A stretch of 64,000 bases of DNA from Calditrichia bacterium (GCA_963796965.1 CAWCNS010000008.1:160001-224000), one strand, 5' to 3'; shown: positions 54,702 through 64,000, numbered from the stretch's first letter. A program made the numbers and translations. Notes: generated by a model not told the origin, from the sequence alone.

Positions 54702-55088
54702 ACACCAATATAAAAAAGTTTATAATATTAATCAGGAAAAATCTCATCACTCTATCAAGTAACATACATCTAACAGATCAATGACAGTGAAAGAATAGAT
54801 TGGAAATGATCTGAGAAAGCAGAATGCAGAAAGTAGTGCAAGGAGTAATGACCTAAAATCAAAAATTCAGAAATTTGTTAATATTTTGCCAATTTAATTT
54901 CTAAATACCTGCTCTCGGCTTTCTCTGAGACACATTGCGGCTCTACGTGAGATCTTAATCTCCCCGATAGCAAAATAAGTACTATACGGAAATTTGACTG
55001 GCTATAATGGAAGTTGTAAATTTGTATACATTTTGGGATTGACATCAACCCAATTGTCCAATGATCCTTGATAATTGATCATTGAAAA

Positions 55089-55161
55089 GGGGCTATAGCT
55101 CAGCTGGGAGAGCGCTGCGTTCGCAATGCAGAGGTCAGCGGTTCGATCCCGCTTAACTCCA
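55089..55161 (+). tRNA. tRNA-Ala (anticodon CGC); CCA not encoded
   Basis: GGGGCTA-TA-GCTC-AGCTGGGA-GAGC-G-CTGCG-TTCGCAA-TGCAG-AGGTC-AGCGG-TTCGATC-CCGCT-TAACTCC-A; G3:U70 alanine identity pair. Confidence 0.95.
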
Positions 55162-55164
55162 CAA

Positions 55165-55261
55165 AGCCAGGTCCCACGCAATGGTTCTTCACCCAACCCC
55201 GTCAGGTCCGGAAGGAAGCAGCGGTCAGTGAATGCATCATGTGCCGTGGATCAACCTGGCT
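55165..55261 (+). ncRNA. ffs: Signal recognition particle RNA (small bacterial 4.5S type)
   Basis: Conserved GTCAGGTCCGGAAGGAAGCAGC core; terminal stem AGCCAGG/CCTGGCT followed by a T-run; lies upstream of dnaX as in many bacteria. Confidence 0.95.
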
Positions 55262-55402
55262 TTTTTTTGAGGGCTATTTCTCGAACACCACAAAGAATTT
55301 TTCCACGAATTACGCTCGTAGGACGAGCCAAGCCAAATTTCGACCAATTTCACGAATTAAAGATATTTTGGTTTATAAAAACTTTTTAAATTTCATCCAT
55401 GG

Positions 55403-55570
55403 AAACTTGATTAAAAGAACTCTCCCTTGCCGAAGGCATCCCTTCGGGAAAATCCCTCTCTTACAAAGCGAGGGACTTTGAGAATCCCTTCTCGTGAAGA
55501 AGAGAAGGGATTTTTAGATGAGAATTTCTATTATAACATTGATTCTTCTATTAAACTGGACACGTATGAT
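55403..55570. mobile_element. Partial inverted copy of the 28165..28390 MITE-like element, carrying an extra CCGAAGG-catc-CCTTCGG hairpin
   Basis: aaatccctctcttacaaagcgagggactttg..cccttctcgtgaagaagagaaggg..ttaaactggacacgtatgat matches the reverse complement of 28165-28305. Confidence 0.7.
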
Positions 55571-55691
55571 TAGAAATAATAAATAAAGGATGTATATTTC
55601 TAATCAAATATTTCCAGTTTTTTTTGAAATTTGTGAATTGAGATTTTTGTTGTAAGTTCAAATACCTTAAATTTGATTATACCAAAAAAAC

Positions 55692-55784
55692 AAACACAAA
55701 GAACCCAAAGTATTCTCAAAGGGCTCCATACTGATTTTTTTAAATCTCTGTGTTCTCTGAGACTCCTCTGCGTACTCTGTGTTT
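55692..55784. repeat. Inverted repeat of CACAAAG/CTCTGTG units upstream of dnaX
   Basis: aaacacaaagaacccaaag ... ctctgtgttctctgagactcctctgcgtactctgtgttt. Confidence 0.7.
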
Positions 55785-55815
55785 ATATATATTAATTATA
55801 GCACAGATTGAACGC

Positions 55816-57404
55816 ATGACATATATCGTACTTGCCAGAAAATGGCGTCCTCAAAAATTTGAAGATATTATTGGCCAGGATCATGTCTCACAGACATTGG
55901 CCAATGCCATCGAAGGTGGACGGATTGCACATTCCTATATTTTTGCCGGACCCCGTGGAGTTGGCAAAACAACCGCGGCAAGAATTTTTGCCAAAGCCCT
56001 CAATTGCGAAAAGGGCCCTGCCCGGCAACCCTGTAATACCTGTGCTAATTGTTTATCCATCACGAAGGGGAATTCTCTTGACGTACTCGAGATCGATGGT
56101 GCATCTAACAGAGGTATTGATGAAATCCGTAATTTGCGAGAGAATATTCGTTTTACACCGAGTGAGGGTAAATACCGTATCTATATTATTGATGAAGTTC
56201 ATATGCTCACGAAAGAGGCCTTTAATGCTTTATTAAAGACATTGGAAGAGCCGCCTGAACATGCCATTTTTGTTTTTGCCACCACTGAGATTCACCGCGT
56301 TCCGGCAACAATCCTTTCCAGGTGCCAGCGCTTTGATTTTAAACGAATTCTCACGAAAACCATAATCGAACATCTGGGAAAGATTTGTGCATCGGAGAAA
56401 GTAGAGATTTCCCATGATTCACTCTTACAGATTGCCAAAAAAGCAGATGGTTCAATGCGCGATGCCCAGAGCATTCTGGATCAAATCATTTCATATTCCG
56501 GAGATAAAATCGAATCAGAAGAAGTTATTTCTTCTTTAGGGATCATCAGTGAGGAGATTTATTTTAATTTTACTGAGAACATCCGTGAAGGCAATTTAAA
56601 AGAGATCATAGAACTTTGTCAAAGTATTTATCGTGATGGTTATGATCTTGCTGAATTTTTAGTCGGATTCGAAGAACATCTTAGAAATCTTCTCGTAACA
56701 AGAGCACTTGGGCAGACAGATTTTCTGAATGTATCCGAGGCTTATGCCGGAACCTATCTGCAGGTTAGCAAAAATATGGGAGAAGCGGATCTGCTTAGAT
56801 ATTTACAACAAGTTGGGGAGTTGCAAAACAGTTTAAAATGGACAACCCAACCTCAAATGAAATTTGAGATTGGGCTACTAAAACTGGCAAAAATGCCCTC
56901 GACCTTGAGCATTGAAACATTACTCGAGAAATTGGACCTTCTAAAAAAAAAACTGAATCCATAATACCAGAAGTGGTAGAAGAAGACCTGTCGAATGAGG
57001 AAAAAGAAGTAGAAGAGGAAGAAGCACCTGAACTCACTTTTGAAGGGGCGAAGTTATTTTGGAACCAACTTATAGAGGACTTTAAAGAATCAAAGGTAAA
57101 TCTATCAAATGCATTACAATTAGGCAAACCTGTGGCTTTGAAAGATTCTATTTTATCCCTGGTATTTTCAAAAAAGGATTCGTTCCATATAACCTGGTTC
57201 AGAAAAAATCAGCGAATTATCGAACAACAATTTAATAAGAATTTTAACAGCCCAATTAAATTTTCAATTCAAGAAATCGAGGTAGAACAAGAAGAATCGA
57301 TCCCGGAAGCAAAAGCACCTGATCGGGATACCCTTGGAAAAAGCATAAAAGAGGATCCATTACTAAATAAACTTGTAGATGAACTTGGATTAGAAATCAC
57401 CTGA
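55816..57404 (+). CDS. dnaX: DNA polymerase III subunit gamma/tau; frame-0 product ends at 56964 (382 aa), and the -1 frame after the A10 run continues to 57404
   Basis: LARKWRPQKF, GPRGVGKTT, CxxC zinc module, IDEVHML, SRCQRF, GSMRDA; C-terminal tau-like domain in ORF 56973..57404. Confidence 0.95.
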
Positions 57405-57417
57405 AAGGAGAAATAAC

Positions 57418-57756
57418 TTGAAACCGAATATGGCCCAAATAATGAAACAGGCCCAAAAGATGCAAGAAGAGATGCAAAAAGTACAAGATAGTCTGGAGAA
57501 TATAAAGGTGGAGGCCGCCTCAGGTGGTGGTATGGTAAAAGTGGAAGCCAATTGTAAGTTAAAAATATTGTCGATTACTATCGAGGATGAAGTATATGAA
57601 GATGACAAAGAAATGCTGGAAGATCTTGTAATTGCAGCGATCAATCAAGCTATAAGCAATGCTCAGGAAAAAGCAAATGAAGAGATGCAAAAAATCACAG
57701 GTGGCATGATGGGCGGTATGAATTTACCGGGTGGTTTAAAGTTTCCGGGCATGTAA
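57418..57756 (+). CDS. ybaB: YbaB/EbfC nucleoid-associated protein
   Basis: MKQAQKMQ, SGGGMVKV, EMLEDLVIAAINQA; located between dnaX and recR. Confidence 0.95.
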   Translation: MKPNMAQIMKQAQKMQEEMQKVQDSLENIKVEAASGGGMVKVEANCKLKILSITIEDEVYEDDKEMLEDLVIAAINQAISNAQEKANEEMQKITGGMMGGMNLPGGLKFPGM

Positions 57757-57757
57757 T

Positions 57758-58360
57758 ATGTCAGAATATTTTCCTCAAGCCTTAGAAAATCTGATCAATC
57801 ATTTACATCAATTCCCAGGCATCGGTATAAAAACAGCTCAGCGCCTGGCGATTCATATTCTCAAGGCGCCTGAAGATGAAACCCGTGGATTATCATCTGC
57901 TCTTATAAAAGTGCTGGAAGAAATCCGATTTTGTATAAATTGTTTTAATATAACAGAAAGTGATGAATGCAATATCTGCAAAAATCCCCGTAGAGATAAA
58001 TCCACCATTTGTGTCGTCGAAGATATTGTTGATATTTTTGCCATTGAAAAAAGCCATGAATACGGGGGTGTTTATCATGTTCTCGGCGGTGTAATTTCGC
58101 CACTTAGCGGTGTCTCACCTGAAGATTTAAAAATACCTGAATTGATAAAGAGATCAGAAGCGGATGATATTAAGGAGATTCTTCTTGCTTTAAATCCAAG
58201 TACGGAAGGGGAAGCAACAATGATCTATCTATCTAAACTGCTTCACCCAACTGGAAAAAGAATCACGCGAATCGCCAGTGGAATACCTATGGGCGCTCAT
58301 TTAGAATTTGTTGACGATGCAACCATTGGGAGAGCAATTCTGACCCGGCGTGAGATATAG
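57758..58360 (+). CDS. recR: Recombination mediator RecR
   Basis: PGIGIKTAQRLA, C4 zinc finger, ICVVE, YHVLGG, EGEAT, RIASGIPMG. Confidence 0.97.
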   Translation: MSEYFPQALENLINHLHQFPGIGIKTAQRLAIHILKAPEDETRGLSSALIKVLEEIRFCINCFNITESDECNICKNPRRDKSTICVVEDIVDIFAIEKSHEYGGVYHVLGGVISPLSGVSPEDLKIPELIKRSEADDIKEILLALNPSTEGEATMIYLSKLLHPTGKRITRIASGIPMGAHLEFVDDATIGRAILTRREI

Positions 58361-58367
58361 ATCCTTT

Positions 58368-59279
58368 TTAGAGTTTCCATTCCCACCCTTCATAAGCCAA
58401 TTCTGCCCCCTTAAATATGGCCTTTGCACTACTCTCTATAGATTCTAACTTTTCATCGTCATTTGTTGGATCATGATGGAAGAGAAGTAATTTCTTGGCC
58501 TTTGCTTTCAAAGCGGTCTCACAAGCCATCTCATAATTACTATGGCCATATCCCTGAAACTGTAGATATTGCTCTAAAGTATATTGAGAATCATGCAATA
58601 AGACATCACAGCCTTCTGCAAATTTGATCAAACGTTGATCACTCCCGGCATATTGCTCAACATCGGTGGCGAAAACAAGGGAATGTCCGTCAAATTCAAG
58701 ACGGTAGTTAAAACTACCATCTTTTGGGTGAAAATAATATTTCATGTTTTTGACTACCAACTCAGCCAGATCAGTTGATGTCGTTTCGATTTGTCCGATT
58801 TGTGGTTCCGGATGTCCTTCCAGAAAATAAACAACCATATTTTCATCAATATTCTCAAAATCTTTAGTAGCACGAAATTCATCCATAGAAACAGGAAAAT
58901 ATTGTGGTTCAACCAATGTGCGTAGTATATCTTCAATATCAACTCCCAAAGTCGCCGGTCCAATAATATGAATATGAACATTGGGAATAAACAGTGGTGC
59001 AAAATAGGGGAAACCTATAAGATGATCAATATGTGTATGGGTAAAAAACAAGGTAATATGAAAGGGCTTTCTTGATTCCTTTTTATGATTCACTATTTCG
59101 GGAACTAAATCCCGGCCCAATTGAATAATTCCTGAGCCTGCATCAAAAATTACGACATGCTCACGTGTACGGGCAAACAAACAGGTTGTGTGCCCACCAT
59201 ACTTAGTACCATTTGTCGGTGCAATGGGATAACTCCCACGAACACCATATAATTTAGTCATAAACCGATGATCTTCCAT
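58368..59279 (-). CDS. MBL-fold metallo-hydrolase (RNase Z/PhnP-like)
   Basis: GVRGS, DAGSG, THTHIDHLIG, HDSQY, GHS, FHHDP. Confidence 0.9.
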   Translation of the reverse strand: MEDHRFMTKLYGVRGSYPIAPTNGTKYGGHTTCLFARTREHVVIFDAGSGIIQLGRDLVPEIVNHKKESRKPFHITLFFTHTHIDHLIGFPYFAPLFIPNVHIHIIGPATLGVDIEDILRTLVEPQYFPVSMDEFRATKDFENIDENMVVYFLEGHPEPQIGQIETTSTDLAELVVKNMKYYFHPKDGSFNYRLEFDGHSLVFATDVEQYAGSDQRLIKFAEGCDVLLHDSQYTLEQYLQFQGYGHSNYEMACETALKAKAKKLLLFHHDPTNDDEKLESIESSAKAIFKGAELAYEGWEWKL

Positions 59280-59503
59280 ATGCCTAATCTCCAGTATATT
59301 TAATACCGATCTATATCGTCGGAAAGATATCTCTAAATGTTAAGAATTTTAAGTATAAATAAAGTGATAATATCCGGGTACTATATCTCCGGGTAGGATG
59401 ATTAGGATAATAGTAGCCACATAAACAATTATTAATCAATACCCTACAGATTATTTAATAACAATTGGTCTTATGCAGTTCCATACATTCTAACCACATA
59501 TAA

Positions 59504-60073
59504 TTATGATTCTGATTCGATCTTTTTTATTTTATCGCGCAGATTTGCTGCACGTTCATATTCTTCGTTCTCAACCGCTTTTTTGAGATCGATCTTAAGT
59601 TGTTCCAATTTATCAGTAACTGATTCAAAGGTGTACGTTTTATTATCCTTCTCCTCTATTTCCATTTCACCCTCTTTGTCTGTATCATAAGACCCCAGAC
59701 TCATGACCTCCTCATCAACAAATATGGGTATTGTCGTTCGGACAGCCATGGCAATTGCATCACTGGGCCTGGCATCTACATCCCAATATTTCAATTTCCG
59801 TTTGAGACGAATTACTGCAAAATAGGTATTATTTTTAAGTTCTGTTATTAATACACTATCGATTTTAACACCACAAGAATCCAAAATACTAAGAGTAAGA
59901 TCATGGGTAATAGGACGAGGGGGCTTAATATTCTCTAGCCCCAGAGCAATAGATTGTGCTTCATATTCCCCAATCACGATCGGCAGGGTACGTTCACCAT
60001 TCTTTTCTTTCAGAATGATACCACTGGCCTGGGATTGTGTTAAAAAGATACCGTTTACATTTACTTCAATCAT
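59504..60073 (-). CDS. Bifunctional nuclease (DUF151) with C-terminal UVR domain
   Basis: LPIVIGEYEAQSIA, PRPITHDL, DARPSDAIA; AVENEEYERAANLRD. Confidence 0.93.
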   Translation of the reverse strand: MIEVNVNGIFLTQSQASGIILKEKNGERTLPIVIGEYEAQSIALGLENIKPPRPITHDLTLSILDSCGVKIDSVLITELKNNTYFAVIRLKRKLKYWDVDARPSDAIAMAVRTTIPIFVDEEVMSLGSYDTDKEGEMEIEEKDNKTYTFESVTDKLEQLKIDLKKAVENEEYERAANLRDKIKKIESES

Positions 60074-60095
60074 CCGGCCTCTTGCTTTTTATAAA

Positions 60096-60320
60096 TTAAT
60101 CAATAGCCACTACGGAAGTCACCTCAGGAACCTGAGTTTTCAAGATTCTCTCAATTCCCTGTTGAAGTGTAATTGTTGACATGGGACAATCACCACAATT
60201 ACCAGTCAACTTGACAATTACTTTGCCTTCATCATTCACTTCGACAAGTTCCACATCTCCGCCATCTGCCTGTAATCCTGGGCGAACACTATCCAAAGCC
60301 CTTAATATACGATCTCTCAT
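60096..60320 (-). CDS. NifU C-terminal (Nfu-type) Fe-S carrier
   Basis: VRPGLQADGGDVELV, GNCGDCPMSTITL..GIER. Confidence 0.93.
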   Translation of the reverse strand: MRDRILRALDSVRPGLQADGGDVELVEVNDEGKVIVKLTGNCGDCPMSTITLQQGIERILKTQVPEVTSVVAID

Positions 60321-60602
60321 TTTTTTTCCTGTTCTAAACCTATATCTCTTCCTGAAAAATTATAAAAATAAACAACAAAGTCAATGGCTTTTTGGAATTT
60401 GTCTGAATTCCACTCGGTAATCTGTTTCATATACGTAACACTTAGTCTCTATATTTATTCTCGACCCCTATTTAAACAACATAAATTGAATTATGTTCGA
60501 CAATAATTTGAGTGATGTCTATAATTTACTAAATCCTAATTGAACTGTTTATTGATTTCGTTTAAATTGCTTTGATATGATAATAATATAAAGGAGTAAT
60601 AC

Positions 60603-61964
60603 GTGGTAAATCCATACATTTTTAGGGAATATGATATCAGGGGTGTTGTTGGCAAAGACTTGACGGATGAAGCCATTGCTCTTCTTGCCCGGGGATATGG
60701 CACATTTTTTAGAAAAGCAAATGTAAAGAGCATCTCAATTGGTGGTGATGTTCGTCTCTCTACTAATCACATACGCAATATTTTGATTGAAGAAATTACC
60801 AATTGTGGCATTCATGTAATGGATATAGGTGAATGCCCAACACCCGTACAATATTTCAGTATGTTTCACCTTCCTGTTGATGCAGGAATTATGATAACTG
60901 GCAGTCATAATCCGCCCAACTATAATGGTTTTAAACTTACCCTAAATAAGGCGCCGGTTTTTGGGCAGGATATACAGAGTATCCGAAAAATTATTGAATC
61001 AGAGAATTTTAGCAATGGACAGAGCTATTCAGAACAAATATCAGTTACTGAGGATTATATCAACCATATTGCCGGAAATATAACCATAACAAAACCTCTG
61101 AACATTATTCTTGATTCAGGAAATGGCGCAGCCGGTTCCGTTGCCGGCCCCCTCTTTAAAGCCTTGGGACAAGATGCCCGGGATATTTTTCCTGATCCAG
61201 ACGGTAATTTTCCAAATCATCATCCAGACCCGACGGTAGTTGAAAATATACAGGATCTGATCCATACCGTAAAGACAGAGAAGGCTGATTTTGGCGTAGG
61301 TTATGATGGTGACGGTGATCGTATTGGTGTGGTTGATGAGAATGGAGAAATTATCTGGGGAGATCGGTTGCTCATTATATTCAGCCGGGATATCCTTCAG
61401 CACATGCCCGGTAGTCCTATAATATTTGAAGTTAAATGCTCCCAAGCCTTGCCAGAGATGATTGAAAGATTTGGCGGTCAACCAATCATGTGGAAAACAG
61501 GCCATTCTCTGTTAAAGAAAAAAATGAAGGAAATTAATTCACCATTGGCAGGTGAAATGAGTGGGCATCTGTTTTTTGCCGATCGCTATTTTGGTTATGA
61601 TGACGCTATTTATGCATCCGCCCGCCTGGCCGAACTGTTATCGCGCACTGACCAAAAACTATCGGAATTATTATCTGACGTTCCCCAATATTACACAACA
61701 CCAGAACTACGGGCTGAAACAGAAACAGATGAAATAAAATTCACAATTGCTGCCAAGGCAAAGGAATATTTTAGCGCGCATTACAAGGTTATCGATGTTG
61801 ACGGCGTACGTATTTTATTTGATGATGGCTGGGGTCTTGTGCGGGCTTCCAACACCCAACCGGTCATTGTGTTACGTTTTGAGGCAAAAACACCTGAACA
61901 CTTAGAAGAAATCAAGAAACTGGTTATTGATAAGCTGAGAGAATTTGGAGAGATTAATATTTAG
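60603..61964 (+). CDS. Phosphomannomutase/phosphoglucomutase
   Basis: IFREYDIRG, TGSHNP, DGDGDR, GEMSGH, VRASNTQP. Confidence 0.95.
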   Translation: MVNPYIFREYDIRGVVGKDLTDEAIALLARGYGTFFRKANVKSISIGGDVRLSTNHIRNILIEEITNCGIHVMDIGECPTPVQYFSMFHLPVDAGIMITGSHNPPNYNGFKLTLNKAPVFGQDIQSIRKIIESENFSNGQSYSEQISVTEDYINHIAGNITITKPLNIILDSGNGAAGSVAGPLFKALGQDARDIFPDPDGNFPNHHPDPTVVENIQDLIHTVKTEKADFGVGYDGDGDRIGVVDENGEIIWGDRLLIIFSRDILQHMPGSPIIFEVKCSQALPEMIERFGGQPIMWKTGHSLLKKKMKEINSPLAGEMSGHLFFADRYFGYDDAIYASARLAELLSRTDQKLSELLSDVPQYYTTPELRAETETDEIKFTIAAKAKEYFSAHYKVIDVDGVRILFDDGWGLVRASNTQPVIVLRFEAKTPEHLEEIKKLVIDKLREFGEINI

Positions 61965-62003
61965 GTAGTTTTGTTCACGCAGCGACGCAACGCCCCAGTG
62001 TTC

Positions 62004-62094
62004 TTGTCCACGAATTACACTAATTTTCACTAATTAAAACAATATTTTAATTCTTTTTTAATAATTCGTGTTAATTAGTGTAATTCGTGGACAA
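62004..62094. repeat. Perfect 22-bp inverted repeat of CACGAAT/CACTAAT units
   Basis: ttgtccacgaattacactaatt ... aattagtgtaattcgtggacaa. Confidence 0.9.
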
Positions 62095-62151
62095 AAAGAC
62101 AACGTTGTTGCGAAAAACATTAGAAATGATATAATAAAGAAAAAAAACAAT

Positions 62152-62940
62152 ATGCTCGACCTGGCTATAAAAGCTGCTAAGGCAGCTTCTGAAATACTTA
62201 TGACAAACTTTGGTAAAATTGAGACCAAAGATATTGTTGAAAAAAGCAAAAATGATTTTCTTACGTATGTCGATGAATCATCAGAGAAAAAAATTATTGA
62301 AATGATACATGAGGTCCATCCTTCTCATGCAATCCTCGCTGAAGAGAGTGGATTTAACGAACAAAAATGTGATTATGAATGGATTATTGATCCCCTGGAT
62401 GGTACAAAGAATTATATTTCCGGGATCCCCATTTTTGCTATCTCCATTGCACTCAGGATAAAAAAAACAATAGAAATTGGCGTCGTTCTGGATCCGGTAA
62501 AGAATGATATCTTTTATGCCCAACGTGGTAAAGGTGCTTTCTTAAACGATGAGCCTATTCGGGTAAGTAAAAGGTCTGAATTATCTGCATGCCTTTTTGC
62601 AACGGGTTTTCCCTTTAAGAAGAAACAAATCTTATCAGAATATTTGGCCTGTTTTAAAGATATATTTCAACAAACAAGCGGTGCCCGTCGGATGGGAGCT
62701 GCAGCGATCGATTTAGCCTATATAGCCTCCGGAAAATTTGATGCTTTCTGGGAGATTGGACTAAGCCCATGGGATATGGCAGCCGGTGCCCTTTTGATCG
62801 AAGAAGGAGGAGGAGAAATATCTGATTTTTGGGGAAATAATCAGTATCTTCAAAATGGTCATATTGTTGCCAGTAATGGCTTGATTCAGGATGATTTGCA
62901 GAAAATAATTCAGAAGCATTTTCCGGAAAAGATTAAATAA
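62152..62940 (+). CDS. suhB: Inositol monophosphatase family protein
   Basis: AEES, WIIDPLDGTKNY, RRMGAAAIDL, WDMAAG; likely start MLDLAIKAA. Confidence 0.9.
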   Translation: MLDLAIKAAKAASEILMTNFGKIETKDIVEKSKNDFLTYVDESSEKKIIEMIHEVHPSHAILAEESGFNEQKCDYEWIIDPLDGTKNYISGIPIFAISIALRIKKTIEIGVVLDPVKNDIFYAQRGKGAFLNDEPIRVSKRSELSACLFATGFPFKKKQILSEYLACFKDIFQQTSGARRMGAAAIDLAYIASGKFDAFWEIGLSPWDMAAGALLIEEGGGEISDFWGNNQYLQNGHIVASNGLIQDDLQKIIQKHFPEKIK

Positions 62941-62970
62941 CGAAATATAAAACATATATAAAAAATGTTA

Positions 62971-63066
62971 TCAACGAATTTCACTAATTAATCCGAATTT
63001 TTTATAAAATATTTTTTTACAGTTATTGATTTTTAAATTAGTGGAAATCCGTGTAATTCGTGGACT
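62971..63066. repeat. Inverted repeat of CACGAAT/CACTAAT units downstream of suhB
   Basis: tcaacgaatttcactaatt ... aattagtggaaatccgtgtaattcgtggac. Confidence 0.75.
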
Positions 63067-63091
63067 AATTTTCTTTGTCGAGGAAGTTAAA

Positions 63092-64000
63092 ATGAAATCT
63101 GTACGCTATATTGCCGGTGGACAAAACCGGGGAGAGTTGGCTCTCATGTCCTGTGCCTCAGGACGGCCATTTGCACGACGCATTATCAAACATTTAAACA
63201 AGGTAATTAAAAACAATAACCCAAAAGCAACGGGTATGTCATTAGTTAAGAGTGAAGAAATTACCTTTGCAAATGGGGAAATCAAAACTGTCATAAGTGA
63301 TAATATTCGCGGTGCAGATCTTTATATTGTACAATGTGTAGACGATCCCCAATCGGATAAGAGCATTAATGATAACCTACTGGCTCTTTTAACTGCCATT
63401 AATGCCGCCTATCAATCTGATGCTGATTCAATAACAGTCATTCTCCCTCAATTCCCCTATTCACGCCAGGAACGTAAGAAGGCACGTGAGGGTATCACAG
63501 CGAAACAGGTTGCTGCTTTTCTGGAGACTTCCGGAGCAAAAAGAGTCATCACGTTAGATATTCATGCTGAGGCGATCCAGGGATTCTTTTTCCGATCAAA
63601 ACTGGAGGACCTGCATGCATCTAATACACTCATCAACTATTTTAAAAAAATTTTCCTTTTAAGAATTTGGTCGTTGCTGCCGCTGATGTGGGGGGTGCAG
63701 AAAAAGCTCGTTTTTATTCCACTAAATTACAAACAGATATGGCGATTGTTGATAAAGCCAGGGATTACTCAAAATCCAGTGTCGTGGAGAGTATGCGTTT
63801 GGTAGGAAACGTATCCGGTAAGGATGTACTTATTCCGGACGATATGATCAGTACCGGTGGAACGATGGTAAATGCAGCAAGACTGCTCAAATTACACAAT
63901 GCAAAAAATATCTTCATCGCTTGCAGCCTGCCCTTTTTTAATCACCCGGCTATAGATATAATTAATGAAGCTTATGAAAACGGTGACATCAAGGCTATTC
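63092..64000 (+). CDS. prs: Ribose-phosphate pyrophosphokinase, with a -1 frameshift at the A7 run near 63650; truncated by the window end
   Basis: FANGEIK, PYSRQ, TLDIHA; after the shift, ADVGGAEKAR, IVDKARDY, IPDDMISTGGT. Confidence 0.93.

Noticed and set aside
55089..55161. Genomic island integrated at tRNA-Ala
   Set aside because: No integrase and no duplicated tRNA 3' end were found. The tRNA 3' side leads directly into ffs-dnaX core genes.
25369..62094. CRISPR array
   Set aside because: The repeats are palindromic or short-unit and dispersed. No run of identical 25-40 bp repeats with unique spacers and no cas genes were seen.
30860..62151. Longer N-termini from the ORF track for GH20, GH130, URO-D, dnaX and suhB
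   Set aside because: The extensions run through repeat-containing spacers. Downstream ATGs match family N-termini or have SD motifs, so those were used.
3310..63294. Numerous 60-170 aa ORFs antisense to or overlapping long genes (e.g. 3826..4266, 14740..15258, 24654..25088, 55832..56236)
   Set aside because: They are shadow frames of well-supported genes with no recognisable motifs.
832..63805. Stop-codon readthrough (selenocysteine, pyrrolysine or an alternative code) as the explanation for split genes
   Set aside because: In all nine cases the two parts are in different reading frames; none is separated by an in-frame TGA or TAG.

Overview
Bacterial chromosomal segment (roughly 40% GC, AT-rich spacers). 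Secreted proteins ending in 'NYPNPFNP...SGIYFY' FlgD-Ig/T9SS-type tails point to an FCB-associated lineage such as Calditrichota/KSB1 (inference). From 1 to 54.7 kb every credible gene is on the minus strand. In order: a TonB-dependent receptor/PPIase/secreted-protein group; a sulfatase and a PhoD-like phosphatase; a cupredoxin-polyferredoxin + FG-GAP + TPR trio; a large glycan locus lacking SusD (GH94, ROK regulator, GH38, two paralogous Na+/solute symporters, esterase, GH20, GHL10, CBM9-like, DUF4838, and further on GH130 and FucP); a GWxTD-like protein; a large C10 protease; and a URO-D/methyltransferase-like gene next to a reductive-dehalogenase-like protein with a fused 3-helix membrane anchor. 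The last 9 kb is core genome: tRNA-Ala(CGC), SRP RNA, dnaX-ybaB-recR, MBL hydrolase, DUF151, NifU-C, PMM/PGM, suhB, prs. Nine genes are split by single-base frameshifts. Most look like read/assembly errors, but the one in dnaX lies on an A10 run at the gamma/tau boundary and may be programmed. Many spacers hold palindromic or short-unit repeats of several families, often nested. Several single genes (fucP, GH20, GWxTD, suhB, esterase) are bracketed by two copies of the same family. No transposase, integrase or CRISPR array was found.
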